NCBI GenBank assembly: GCA_036172245.1
Contig: JAYWIR010000039.1
Location: 1,302,001-1,366,000, forward strand
Source of the DNA: Raillietiella orientalis
Lineage: Eukaryota
Reading direction: 5' to 3'
DNA: 64,000 bases
The first letter of the stretch is position 1, and every line of letters starts with the position of its first letter. Of this stretch, positions 37,936 through 51,108 are shown in pieces. The notes beneath the pieces were generated by a model, which ran no database searches, had not been told where the DNA came from, and saw only the letters and a program-made list of their open reading frames with translations. Both the position numbers and the translations under genes were made by a program.

Positions 37936-38216
37936 CATGCAGAGGGAGGGGCGCAGTGGGGCGGCGCGGTGGGGGGAAAATCGCGCGCTCAGCGCTCGCT
38001 TCACCGTCTCGCTGCCGAATGATCACGGCGCGCGCGGCTCCCAGCCTCCCGCTTGTTGCACGTCCTCGGCTCGCCTCGCCTCTCCGCCGCGGCGGACGCG
38101 CTGTACTCCGCGCGCGAGAGATGCGCCGCGCCGTCCGGCCTAACCCCGCCCTCGCACTGCAACACTGAATCAAAGAGGAGAGAGGGAGCGAGAGAGAGAG
38201 AGAGAGAGAGAGAGAG
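37640..38216 (-). promoter_or_regulatory. Candidate promoter and non-coding first exon
   Basis: (GA/CT)n tract at 38180-38216, arthropod initiator-like TCAGT (A at 38166), triplet-repeat-rich leader, strong donor GAG|GTAAGA at 37640/37639. Confidence 0.35.
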
Positions 38217-39099
38217 GCGCGCGCCCGTCCCGCTGCTCTCGTCCTCCTCCTCCCCCTCTCCTCCCCCTCCTCTCTGCACGCTCTCTTCGCCGTCTCCACC
38301 TCCTTGCCCCTCTCTCTCACTCTCCCCGTCTGCCTCGCACGCGCACGAACGCGGGCTGGCAGTCGCGCGCGAATCGCCCGCCGCCGCCGCCTCCTCCCTC
38401 CTTTCCACCCCATCCTCCCTTCCACTTCATCCTCCCTTCCGTTCCACTCTCCGCGCGGTCGTCTCCATGGCGAAACGGACGGGCGGCGCGCGTCGACCCA
38501 GCCGCTCCCCCTGGACCAGCAGCAGTCCCGGGGACGGCCTCCGCTTCGACCCGGCCGCGCAGCAGTCGGTTGCCCGGCGCAACAGCGTCCCCTCCCCGCT
38601 CGACTCCCGGTCCGCCGAACCGGGGGAGGACAGGAACCCGGGAGTGAACACGACGGGATCGGCGAGCTCGACGCCCCTTCGAGGCGGTGCATCCTTCTTC
38701 CGGGAGGCGGCGGGACGCCTTCGTCGGGGTGAGGCTGGGGGCGAACGATGCCCCTCTTCCCCCCGTCATCCGGGAAGGGCTCTGCGTAGGGAACAGGGGA
38801 TCGGGCAGCGGAGGCGAGAGCACTGCCGCCGGAAAGGAGACCTGGCGGCTTCCGCCGCTGCCGCGGCGTGCCGTAGGCGCCCGGACGCCTCCGATCCGAC
38901 CGCTGCCGCCATCTCTCGTCGATCCCTGCAAGTGCCCGCCGGTGTGCCCGTCGCGCACGCTGCGCCCTGCTCGAGGGTGGGCGCGCGCGATCCTGCTGCT
39001 CATCGCTTCCCTCGCTCCGCTCGTCTGCTGTCTGCCCAGCGCCATCCCCGCCCATCCCCACCCCCTTCCCTCAAGGGAGACTTGGCCCTGATGCAACGG

Positions 39100-41600
39100 G
39101 GTCGCGTCCCCAACGGATGCTTCAGGTCGTCTCGGGTAGGTTTCGGGTTGCCTCGGGGTGGTCTGGTGAGAGATCTCGTCGGTTCAGTAGTGGGAAAGGC
39201 CGTTGGCCTTTGGGAAGGGAAGGTCAGCGTGACCTGAGCGTGCGCAGGTGATTGCGGGGGGGGGGGGGTCAGATCGATTCAAGAAGCCCTGTGGCGCAGC
39301 CGAGAGTGGGCCGCACGAATCGCCCAGATGCAAGCAGGCGACGGGTCGAGGGCCCTCCGACAGAAGTGTTTGGGGCATGACCCACGTCCCTGCACCGTTC
39401 CGCGAGACCCGTGGGCGCAGCGGTGACGGCCGGTTGCAGCAGACCCAGCAGTAGGGTGGCCGGGAGGGGTGCGCGCGCGAACAGCTGCTCCTCCCCTCTT
39501 TCACCCCGCCTGATGCCAATCGTAGCGACGCTCCACGTGTCGGAGAACCCCTCTGCAGACAGCCAAGAAGCTACTCTGCAACCCGTCAGCTGACCCTGAC
39601 CAAGCCTCGCCCTCGGTCATTTGGCGGGGCTCCCTCGCTCCTTTCCCGTACTCGAGAAAGCGCGCCCTTCCCTTCCTCCTGCCAGGGAGCTGCAGTCCAC
39701 ATGTCCCCCACCTTCCCGACCCTATGCCCGGCCACTCTGCGAGCCGCGAGACCCTTTCTTCTGAGCCCAGTTACGTTCCCCCCATCATGCAGGCTCCAAG
39801 ACGAGGAGGGGCCCATGCCACACCCGAAGCTGCTCGCGTCGGCCCCGCGCGCCCAAAGGGTCACTTGGGAGGCTGCGCTCGGATGCAAGGTGACCTCTAC
39901 CCCACAGGAAAGAGCCGTCCAGTTGTCCTTCCTGCTTTGTTGAGAGACGGGGACGGGCGGCGCTGCTCTTCTTCGATGGCACCGAGGGCCGGGTGACGAC
40001 TTGCCGGGCGACCTGCCGCCGGTCGCAGGTCAGTCGGTCCGTTCTGCGAACACGAACGGGCGAACAAGCAGGGGTCGGCGGCATTTCTTGCTCGCGCTCT
40101 GAGGTTGGTCTCCTTCGTCCACTCACCACGCACCGACCCCTGCGGTTCGGTCTGTCATCTCCGAGGAGCCTGCTGCTGTTGTGGTCGCTTCTTCGCCTCA
40201 TGGATGCGTGGTGTCTGACGTCTTCCGCGCGGAGTCGGATGGCGCGCGTTCCCTTACGAGGGGGCGAGCAGATTGCGGTTGAGGAACCAGGCGTCATCCG
40301 GGTCACTGCTGCGAGTCAGGACGCACTCCTCGCGGGCTGGGTCTTTCGTTGTATTTGGTGCATCGCTGCGTCCGCAAAGCCCCGAGCATTCTTCAACGGA
40401 GTCTGCGCTCTCCGCGCTGAGTTTGGGTTTGGCAACGAGTTTCTCATCCCGGATCGTTTCTCTCTCTCCATCAGGGCGGAGGCATATTTAGGGATCCCGC
40501 AGGGGTAAGAATAAAAAATGAAAATCCCTTTGTTCAGCAGGTGGCATTTTTATGGAACACCTTCCACGAAAGGGTCTGTTTCAGTGCCAGGTGCACCCGA
40601 AGCAAGCTTTATGGGATGTTGCTGCGCGAGTCCAGGCGCACCACCGCGTGTGTCCATCTACCTGTTTTCGAGGCCGCTTCCAGTACGACGGTAGGACGAA
40701 AGAAACGAACCTTCTTCGAGGAATTTTATGACGCTGGCGTGTTCTCCCCCCTTGCGCCCATTCCGGATGCTTTCGAGCCCACACCTCGCCATCGATCGTG
40801 GTGGCGACATGCACGCTCCGGATGACTCCTTGCCGAAGTAGCGATCCGTTCTTTTCTCGGCCAGTGTTTAGCGCCCAGAGGTGCTCTCCTCAACGGAGTC
40901 CACGGTCGCTCACGAGCTGCGGTTCGGCGCGCCGATGACGCTTAGGCAGGCGGACGTGCGTCAAAGCGGACTGATCGACGGGGTTGTTCCTGTCCGGTGC
41001 TTGGCAACCGGAATCGAGCTCGAAGTCACCGGCCTCATACTTCCCATCGCCTTTGCTCCTCGCCGGACCGACGATAGCGCGGGAAGGACTGGACGCGCAG
41101 TGATGGACATAGGTCGCGGGTGGCGCCAAGGGCCGAGCCAGCGCTGTGGTGCTGCAGCGTAAGCGTGCCTGATGGCGTCCGGCAACTCGGTCTTTATCGT
41201 CGCGCTTCGGTATCGCACCAACCGCATCGTCAAGGGCATGCGGACCCAGTCGCCACAGCCTTCAGTTCATCTTTGTATGTGGGCGCAACCTGCCCAGCAG
41301 GGATGAGTCAGTGAGTGGCCCCCCTCGTTGACTGCTTCCGCCATCGCCCGTGCTTGCGAGCGAAGACTCTTCGACCACCTCGCGTCTTTCGCCACTCGAA
41401 AAGAATGTTCCGCTCAGTCACCGTTATCAAGGCCTGCAGCATCAGCCTTCTTGCACGATGGCAAGTACATGGCGTTGCGTTCTTAATAAAAGAACTTTGC
41501 AGACGTTGCCTCGCCTCCGTTTCCTCGTTCCTCCTTGATCCCGTGCATGTTTCTGTGGCGTGGTGGTTTTCGTAGGAAGTCAAGGACGTGGAGTTGCCTC
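39100..41600 (-). mobile_element. Decayed LINE fragments (RT at about 40.5-41.6 kb; possible APE at about 39.1-39.6 kb)
   Basis: RYRSATIKTEL..AAAPQRWLGP (like RSA.V....GVPQGSVLGP) and IKFLEEG (like KYLG); separately RVASW and PRPVACLHLGDS (like ILLGDFN). Confidence 0.35.
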
Positions 41601-41779
41601 TCTCGCGGTCGGAGGACTGTCCATTGGGTTGGGGTGATTGGCTGCTCTGAAGAGACAGAAACACTCCTTGGCGAAGGTGGTGTCCCTGCTAGTAGAGTTT
41701 GGTGCGATGCTGGAGCAAGTATCTCTTGCCTGGACGCGTTGTAGCATCTGAAATGTGTGGTAAACGTATGCGAGGGTTG

Positions 41780-44700
41780 CTTGGGAGTATTCAGTTAGGT
41801 AAAGTGAAAGATATCTCCTCCTCGTCTATCTCTATTCTCCTCTCTCCTTCTCTCTATTCTTCGGTGTCGAGTGGTCCGTAACCCCCGGGTCGAGCATCCG
41901 GTTTGCTGCAGTAGTCAACGTTGGACCGCGCAGATCCCTTTGCACGTCCGAGATGACTACAGTGAAATGGAGGGCGCCGCATCTGCGGCAAGGTTCTGGG
42001 TTCTCGCACTGTCTCTGGAGATGCGGTGTTTTTGTGGCTGCGCATTCTCGTCCGATGACTGCCTAGGAGACATTCAGTTCTTGATGTTGTCGGGTTCCTC
42101 ATCGTTGTAGTTGTTGGTTGCGAAGCACCAGTTTGCGTAGGGCATAATGCAGGCGTTAGTCCAAAAGTAAAAGACTGTTTGTGTGTGTCAGAGTAAGCGG
42201 TTTATATAGGCCGAGAGAAAGGTCAATAGTCAAGGGCGCTGGATCGGCAGAGGACTTCTGCGGTCAGGGGCAAGAACCTGGCCGCTTGACAGCCAGCTCT
42301 GGTTCGGTCGCCCAGCAAAGGTCAGTGTGTCGTCCGCCACTCTAGAGTTGGATTCCCGGAATGCCAAACAAAGCGTCGGAAGTCGGTAGTAAAGGCACGG
42401 CATTTTCCCCATCCAGTGGTGCCGCACCACGGCACCCGTTCCCAGGGTCACCAAACTACCCCATGAACCATTGATGCCAATCGTTTCCGTCGTGGCGTCG
42501 GAAAGTAAATCAAGCGGACCGCTCATGACTGTTTGCTCAGCTGCTGCAAGCAGGCGTAGTGACCATTTCACGCGCTTGGTCTGTACGCAGCCGTAGGGAA
42601 GAGACCGACCACCGTCTGCCGTCGGGACGCGCTTGAAAGTGAACGGTGCCATCACCGGTCCATCATCCCTCGCGCTCACGGGAGCAAGAGCGAGGAACGG
42701 TGTCCCGTCGGCATCTCGCTTTTGCCAGCAGCCATCTCAAGCCGCACGTTCAAACGTCATGGCAGCCGTCCGGCTCCGAAAATCCGTGCCACCGGGCATC
42801 CGACATCTGGCGAGCCTATCTGAGTTGATGAGACCGCAGGGTCGACCGACGCAAGGACGCAGCTCTTCACCAACCGGGTTCCACCGGACTGCCTTCGAAC
42901 GCTCTAATGTTGACTAGGCGCCACCTGCTTCGATGTCCCATCTGTGCACCAACCAGACCGGCGATCCGGTGCCAGAGGCGGCCTCGCCGCCGGCAGCGCC
43001 CCGTCTCCTGGTTGATACCAAGCCGCTCGACGCCCTCAACCCGAGTTCGCCGCGAACTGGTGGCATCGCGTTGCCTGGCGAGAGCACTTCGTCCCGAATT
43101 GCCAAGACCTGCGCTGCGCGGTTCCACGCCGCTTCCCTCGGCGACGTCCACGTGAGCAAAAGGCACGGAAGGAGACCGGAGCGATGCTGGCGACCGGGAA
43201 TGCCTCCGGTCTCCCGTGCCTGTTCGTGCCCTTTCGGAGAGTGTTCCCACCACCTTCAGGGAGTCGTATTGACCCGATTGGGTTGAGTTGCGAAGTATTT
43301 GATCGATCCTTGGTACCTGCAATCGAAGATGATCCCATTTTTGAGGGATTCTATGAGTTTGCGATTATCTCGAATCTATCTGGCTAGGTCGACGAGGAGT
43401 GTTCTCTCTCCGTTGTAAAGGTGTGCGGCATCTGCTTTTTTGCAAGATTGTGGGTACGTTGCTGATTCTTTGAGGAAGAGTCTGGAGAATGCTGTTTTGC
43501 CGCCGTTGCCTCCTTCAAATGGCGTTGCGTGGATGTGGTGGTTTCCGTAGCACATGGGGAATGGTGATTTGCCATTCTCTTAGGCGTAGCCTGCCATCGG
43601 GTTTGGATGCGTCTCTATGAAGATGTAAGCATTCTTTGATGAAGTTAATACTCTTGGAGTAGAAGCGTGTGCGGTGCTCGAGGATGTACTTTCCGTCTCG
43701 TGCAGATTTGACGAGTCGAAGTATCTGTTGGAATTGGATTCAGCAGGTGCAAGAGATGCACCTTTTTCCCGCATGGATTGTCGGTTTCGTCATTGCCAGG
43801 ACATCCAGATGCCCATGGGATGGGATCCCGTTTGGAGCATTAGTCTCGATTGCTTCGTGAGCTCCCTTTTTGCTTGTTCTGGTGAGTTCTTTGGAAGGGT
43901 GGGTCTTCCAAGTTGCGGTAGAGTTCTTGGCTCGTGGAGCTGGGCGTATCCTTGGATGTAGGGAGTGTTCTGGCTTCCCGTTTCCTTTGCTAGAACAGCA
44001 TGGCTGCAGTGAAAAGGCGGCACCATTTTTGGGGGTTTTGGAGATCGTCGCCGTTCAGGGTTAGGCACCAGGATGTGTGGGTTGAGTAGAGGCACCTTGA
44101 ACGTTAGCAGAACAGAGTTTCCTACTAAGGCTGAGGTGTTATCTAACTGACGATGTGGTCAAGGGAGAAAGACAATTTCGACAACAGGCGGGATGCCGCG
44201 ATCCCAGCTGGTTGCTTTGGCACATCTTTTGTTTGAGAGTTCTTCTTGACCTTGCCAGTGGTCTCCTCGGTTGAGGTCCCACGCTGTTGGAACCCTTGCC
44301 CCGAGCAGATCCGGATCGAAAGGACCGGTCGATTGAAGTCGATCCTCATATGTCAGTTTGTCAACTGTGTGTTTGCCCGACCTGAGGTCGGAGACGGGGT
44401 CACCAGCGTCCTTCTAGAGGTTCACACGCAATTCCGCTTCGCGAATCGGGCAGGGAACATCGCCGTCACAGTCGCCGACGTTTCTCCAGGGCGGCTGCGT
44501 CTCGAATCGCCCCCGGCACTTTTCGCTGCTAGGAGCAAAGTAGCGTGCTTTCGCCGGATCCCGTGTCTTCTTCGCCGCGAAACGGGATGCCGGTCGCCTC
44601 CGAAGAAGCCGTTCGCTGGGACCGCGTCGAATGGGCTCTTTGTTACCCGCCCGTGAGGCCCGCAGTCGTAATCTGCCCATCATCGCATGGGGCGAGCTGT

Positions 44701-45500
44701 CTGCGGCCGGCCCAGGTAGCAGCGGCCTTCGGGCGAGTTGGGGCGCTCGGAGAAAGCGACCTTCGCCGGCGTCCGGTGACCGGTAAACCTTGCCGCAAGG
44801 GGTGCCGTGGAGGGTCTCTCGCGGGTATGCCGAGTCTTTTTGGTGGGTTGCCGCTGTCGTAAAAGCAAAGGAGATCTGGGGACGTTGGATTTTTGTGGGT
44901 CGGTCAAGCGCGCCCTTTTGCTTGGTGGTTCAAGTTGAAAGCGGGCTTTCCACCCGGAAGCTAGGCTTCGGGGAGGCGTCTGGGAGCAGTGTCTTCGAAT
45001 CCATGGGCTTACTTCGAGGGGGTAGCCTGGGCGTGGGGACGTCTCCGGGTGCTCGTTGCGTGCGCAGCCCGCGTCTGCCTTGAGAGGCTGAATTTTAACC
45101 CGCAGACATTCAGCTGGGGCAGTATTGTCGGTGCTTCCTGCGTCGCCTTCCACCCGGTGCGACCATCCCGAGTGCGGTGGATACGTCAGGGTGTCGAGGA
45201 TTTCAAGTTGCCGCTGCTGCGGTCCATCTGGAGGACCTCCCGCAATGGAGGCTTCTCGGAAGAGCTCTTCGGCGAGGTTTACCTGCTCCGCTTGGAAATT
45301 CTGCGTGATGGTTCCGCGCCACCTCGAATCCGTCCTCTTCGATGTGATGAAAAATCTTTCGGGATGAGTCCAAGTTGAGACGAGGAAGTTGTGTGTGCGT
45401 CTTGTGGGCGTTGGTTGTTCATCTTTTTACTCGCAAGACTACTCCGCTTTGCGAACTTCTCCACCGCGCCCGGGGGTGGCGTGGGGGGGGGGGGTCGTGT
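41780..45500 (-). mobile_element. Near full-length decayed I/Jockey-group LINE (gag ORF1, RT, C-terminal zinc knuckle)
   Basis: ORF1-like TPAKVAFS..PEGRCYLG...RP then DYDCGPHG (about 44.8-44.6 kb); RT-like LVNIRAFEG (about 42.9 kb); C-terminal TPHLQRQCENPEPCRRCGALHFTV (about 42.0 kb, like HLL...PP.C..CG..LTV.H). Confidence 0.5.
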
Positions 45501-47699
45501 TGGATTTGGAGTAGCACTCGCAGTTGGATCTTTTCGCGAACTCTGCGTGAGGTCACTGGAAAGGTAAAGTCCTCAGCTGATGGATGATTAGACGCCAACA
45601 AAGCCTCGGAGCGTCCCTGTGTCGATGAGTTCTTTGCCTGTTGTTCCAAGGCGGCGCGAGTTTGGCATGTCCACTTTCGAGGGTTCCCTTTCCCTCCGCT
45701 GTGGCTAGCCGTCTCGAAGCACCGTGACCTCAGTCCCCAAGCTCGGCGACCGACTCATTGCATGCACAGGCGCGCCTCACCCGGCTCTTGCACGGAGTGC
45801 CAGGGTCGGTGGCAGCAGCAGCGGGCGCGTACCTTCCTGTGGCGTTCTTTCGCCTCGCGAAGGGCTCCCGACTGCATCCGGACGCCGGCGCGCGTGACGC
45901 TCTTGGTCATCCTGACGGCGAGCTGCCCATCGTTTCGGCGGAAGTCCATGCTGCAGGAGGGTGGAGGGAGGCTCGTTGCTTTGGCGCCAATAAGCCATGG
46001 AGAGGGGACACACTTCGAGGGTTGTCGTGGACTTCTGGAGCTCCGAAGTGGTGGGCGTCGCCTCTGCTTCCTCCTGATCGGAGACGGAACGAGGGGACGC
46101 GGATCGAAGGCGATGCGCCCCCCCTCATTCCGTGGGTATCGAAGACGGTGCCGTCTTTCAGTCATTCGGGAAAGTCGCTCCGGGCGATCTGCTCGCCCTC
46201 CTTTGTGGAAGAAACAAAAAAAAAATCTGCAGCGGGTTCTTCCTCGTTTCCTTCGCCGCTTCGTAGGTGGTTCCGTGCATGGGGTATCAGGCAGGGTGCG
46301 CGCTCCTCTTCAGACAGCTCCACCCTTCTTCTCGGCAGGTAGAGAGGTCCCCTGACGAGGTCACGAAAGGCATTGTCGGACTGTCGGTGCTTCCGGTCGT
46401 CTCTTAAAGACAGCTCACCTGCCTGGCCTCTTCCGTGCGCCCACGCGCGAGAGCGAGCGGGCGCCGCCGTCAGTTTCCAGGGGCGCGTGGCTCTCTGGGC
46501 CGGAAGCTCCACCGCTCCTGAAGCGCCGTGAAGCCCGGCACCCGCGGGTTCCTCTCCGCGTCGCAACCTCTCCTCCCTTGCGGCTAGAGGGTGCGGCGAG
46601 GGTGTTCTCCCCCACCGTCGTTGATGCCTTGGTGTTGCTCGATGGCGCGCCCATGTCTGGTGGCACGAAGCTTCCTCCCCCCGGACCAGCCTGCTGCGCC
46701 CTCCTTTCGGGTCGGTCGTCCTCGTGCCCTTTTCGCGCGGTGTCTGTGACCTCGAAAACGTTTCGCGGCTCTCCGCCGGAGCCTGCCGGGGCCGTGGTTC
46801 CCCCTCTGAGAGCAGGGGGACATCAGCTTCCCGAGAACTAGACATTCCCTGGCGCTCGGGTTCCTCGGGAGGCAGGCGTGTCATCCATTCGAGGATGGCG
46901 CCTGCCCGCTGCCGCTGTGGTCTTTGGCATGCTCTGGAAAAGGTCTGCATCCCCGCTGGCTCGGGGCGTTTCGGACCCCCCTTCGAGGCTCAGGGATCGG
47001 CGAGGGGGAGGGGAACCGCCCTTTTCCCACAGCGTGCCCCAGGGCGCCCCAATTCTCCGACGGGAGCCGCCGCACCTTCTACCGCGCCTGAGGCCGAGGG
47101 GCGATTCCGGCGCGCAGGGCGGCAGCCGCGCGATGGGGGAGAAGGCGGTAAACCTGAGGAGGGGAGGAAAAACCTCCGCACCGGTTTCGGATTTCCTTGG
47201 CGACGACGCCTCGGAATCCCCGCGGAGGTTCTCGGCGCGTCCTGCATCCTCTCCGAGGCTTCCTGGAACGTGGGAAACGGTTCGGGCGCTGCAGAGAGGG
47301 GGGGAGGAGGGGGAGGGGGTCGTCCCTGTTCCCGGTACGGAGGGATCCGCGGCTGCGCCTGGCGTCGCCAGTCTGCTGTCCTCCGCGGCTCTCGGGGGAG
47401 TGACGTCACTCCTGCTGGTCCGGAAAGGCATCGACGTCTTTTCCTGGCGTCGGCCCGACGCGGCGCCTTCGGAGGGAGTCCCGGGGAGCGGTCCGAAAGG
47501 AGCGAAGGTCCGGCGGCTTCTTCCCGCGGTTCATCGGGGCACCGGCGACCGGCGGGAGGAGAGGTCTCCGGTGGAGCAGTCGCGGAGAAGCGCCGACCTG
47601 CCCGGAGGCCCGCCTCGCTGACCAATCCGTACTCGCACCCCTCAGAGGCGAAGGGGAAAGCTCGCAGCGTCCAGCGGTGTCGCAGATGGCGCCGTTCCT

Positions 47700-48950
47700 C
47701 CGGTGGCTCTGCCAACCCGTGCCATTGTCCTTTGTGCTACCGTCCTCGAGAGCCATTCTGTGGCTGCGGTGACGCTCGGCTTCGTCAAGCTCACGCTATC
47801 GAGCCCGAGGTAGAAAAATTTGTAGGGGCGCCAGCGGATCTATGTGGCGCACGGAAGGCTTTTGCCACGCCAGAGGACATCCCCAGCGGGCGTGGGTGTC
47901 ATTGGAGCTTGCCCAGGAACTGCGACTTCCTTTTTTCTCGAGTGGCCGATGCACCGGGAACTCGGCGCATCTGGCTCCGCCGGTTCTCTCGCGAAAGGAT
48001 TTTCCCGGAGCAGCGTTCAAACTTTTAAGGTTTGCCACGAGGTGGCGCCGGAGCCTCTTCGTCTGGATGGAGTGAAACGCTTCTAAGTTCCAGAGAGCCA
48101 TGCATCTGCGTCTTCTTTGGTACAGTACTTGATATCTTGGCTAATGCATCCTTTCGAGCTTTCTACGTTTGCGCAGGAGGAGATGCCTTCCTCTCCCCTC
48201 CCCCCTCCCTCCTTCCTTCTCTAGATGGATTTTAAATCGTATGAATCCTTGTAGATGGCGGGCCCGGTCGGTTTTTGCTTCGTAAGGCGGAATGTGACCT
48301 CTTCTGCTGTCAAGGTTTGGGTGCTTCTTACGCAGTGATCCACTCTTGATACCACTCTTGGAGAGGAGGAGCGGGAGAGGGAGGGGACTGATTCCGAAAA
48401 GAAGGTGATGATCTGGTGCTTCGGAAAAAGGGCGACTCTTCTCACGCACCAAGTGAATGGCATCTGGCCTTGGGGGCTCTCATCGTGGTGAGCGTGGGTT
48501 GCCCTTGCAGTCTGAGCAGCTCCTCACCACGTGATGTCGCGTGGTTGCCCCTTTCCCTGTGTCTGGGGTGGGGTGCTCCTGCACGAGATTCGCCCTCGGT
48601 GCTCTCGTTTGAATCTCTTCATCTTTCTCTGCCCCTCCTGACAGAAGCGCTGCCGACGAGGGAGGATGGATGCGGAGGTCGCGGATGCCCGTTTGCAATT
48701 CCACGCCCAGGGACAGCTGCCTGCAGATGGCCGCGCGCGCGTTTCGTGATCGAATGACGCGCGCGCGCCTGCTGAAATCCTTGTTCGTTTCGAAGCCTGC
48801 CAACAGATGGCAGGCGGCAGGACCTTCGAGGCACCCGTGCCTCCCGTGTTTACCGAAGTCGGTTGTTTGCGGATTCACGCGGCGACCGAACACACGAGCC
48901 TTCCCGAGAGCCGTTTCGGCAGCAGAAGCTGCATCTTTTACCACGGGGCG
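47700..48950 (+). mobile_element. Decayed non-LTR RT fragment
   Basis: ADLCGARKAFAT (like DL.KAFD), LGWGAPARDSPSVLSF (like GVPQGDPLSPLLF) and QLPADG (like FADD), in order. Confidence 0.4.
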
Positions 48951-51038
48951 GTGTGCTCAAGGGAGCGTGCGATGCTTCGTGTCGCATTGCTCGGGAGGGT
49001 CGGTTTCCTCCCCGCTCTCACGCCGCTTCCCGCGATGACGTAACGGCGGAACCACAAAATGCCGCTCCGCACGCTTTTCCGAAAGGGGTGTGCGGGCGAT
49101 GACGAGTTTCCCGCTCCCTCGACTGCTAATCTTCCGGGAAGCACGGAAGTGACCTCGGAGCACGCGAGACTTGTGCGTCCTTCGCACACGCTTGCGAGAT
49201 GGCGATGTCCTCCCCCCACCCCACCCCCGTTTTGATCTCCCGTTTTCCCCCTACCGCTGCCAAGCCGCCTTCCCAAAGTCACGGAACGGCTCCTTTCTTG
49301 TTTCCTTTCTCTTGCGGGAGGGGAGGAGGAGGAACGGAGGGACGCGTCTATAGCTGGGCGATGGTCGTTTTCGCAGGGTGCAGCGATCGCGAGCGTCTTT
49401 AAGCTCGCGGTGCCTTGGCAACGCTGCTATCGATTGCCGGTCGAGGAGGAGGAGGGCGACAACGTGCACTTAACAGAACGTTCTTCCGCTGTGCTGAGAG
49501 CGACGCTGCCTCCGTCAGCGGAGGACCCTTGCAGGCAATGCGCCCTCAGGCGCCCGCACCTTCGACTCCTCCCGCGTTTCCCCGAGTCCCGGCTGGGGCG
49601 CCAAGGGCGGTGGGGTGCCGCCCGCAGTGCCCGTCCCGAGAAGACGGCGTCCGTCGCTGAGACAAACGGAGCGGCCGCCGCCGCCGAGACGCACCACGCA
49701 TCACCTCCGGAACTTCCCGCGGGTCTTTGCCTCCTGGCGATTGGCGTCGCGCGCGACGACGCGCGGAGCCGGGGCGTGGAGGAAGCGGCAGTGGCGTCTC
49801 CTCCTCCTTCCCGGAAGTTTCACTCCGAGGCCTCTTCGGAGGCGCCTTCCTTCCTCTCGTCTCTCCTCTCCGGCAGCCCGGAGCGGGGAGGCGCGCCTCT
49901 CTCGCTCGTCGCGCGCGCTGCTGCCTCCCGGCCGAGCCGCGAACCCGAGGGCGGAAGGGAGACCGCGGCGGCGGCCGCAGCAGTTCGTCGGGCGCCTCGG
50001 GGCAACGATCGGGCCAGGCGATTCTCCCTTCCCCCCTGCAGGACCGCCTCCAGCCACCGGGACCGCGGATGGTGGCTCCACCCGCGCGAGCAGATTCGCA
50101 GGGACCTGGTCCCCGCGTTCAAGAAGCGTTTCTCCCGCGCGGGGCGGGCATTCGCGGAGGAAGGCCGTGCGCCGTCCGACCGGACGCTGCCGCTTTGTCT
50201 TTGCCTCCCACTCCCCCCCCCGTCTTGGCCTTCCCGCGCCGCCGCCCATGCCGCGGCACGCAACGCCCATAACTCCTGGTCCGTTCTTTTGTCTGCAATA
50301 GCAAGGACCACGGCAGGTATCCCTTTTTCTTTCTTTCTCCCCCCCCCCCCGTCGCGTCCCTCCGGTCGGCCTTCGACGCTGCCGCGTCTCTTCTCTCCTC
50401 GCGGGACCCCTGCAAAGGTGCGGGCCGTCCGCTCCGCACGTTAAGACCCTGTGCGGGCGGAAGCGGCCGAAGGTTTCCCGGCGGCGCGCGTGCCACGGGG
50501 AGGGCGGAAGCAGGGGCGAGGCGTGGGCGCTTGCGGTGGTACCGACCTTTCCTCCGGGACTGCGCGCGCCTTCCGCTCCCTTTTTCCAGCCGCCGAACCC
50601 TTCCTGCGAAGAGCCCCTCTCATCCAGGCGTTTTTTTTTTTTATTGCTCCTTCGGGGTGGCCGCCGGTCGAAGAGGGTGAGGGGCCGTCGTGGGTCGCCC
50701 CCCCCCTCCGGGGATCGTCTCCCCCGGGGGGCCGCTCCGTCCTCCGAGCGGGCGCGCTGCCGTCGCGGGGGTCACACGGACGCGCCCGCGGCGCGTGGGG
50801 CCTCCTCTTCGACGGCCGTCCTGCTGCTCCCGGTGCTGCTGCTTTTCTTTCTCATGTGTGTTTTTTGTTTGTTTTTTTTTCTTCTTCTTCTTGCTCTCCT
50901 CCCTCCGTGGTCAGGAGGAATTTCGGTCCATCGGTCTTCGGGAATTTAGCTGCCTGGCAACACATCGACACAAGAGGAAGGACGTCGAATAAGACAAAAC
51001 GGCAGGAGGGGAGAGGAGAGGGAGAACAAAAAGGGGGA

Positions 51039-51041
<3 letters not shown>

Positions 51042-51071
<30 letters not shown>
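51042..51071. repeat. A30 tract (U30 in gene B sense), about 38 nt after the stop codon
   Basis: Read directly from the sequence. Confidence 0.9.
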
Positions 51072-51073
<2 letters not shown>

Positions 51074-51108
51074 CAGAGAGATGTCGGCGGCGTCGGCCGC
51101 CGGTCCTG

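Noticed and set aside
36657..39237. Several 380-490 aa ORFs with polyQ/A/S/E runs
   Set aside because: Open in multiple frames on both strands because of triplet repeats and high GC; no recognisable domain.
46724..48028. 434-aa plus-strand ORF
   Set aside because: Low-complexity GC-rich translation; only the 3' end shows decayed RT motifs.
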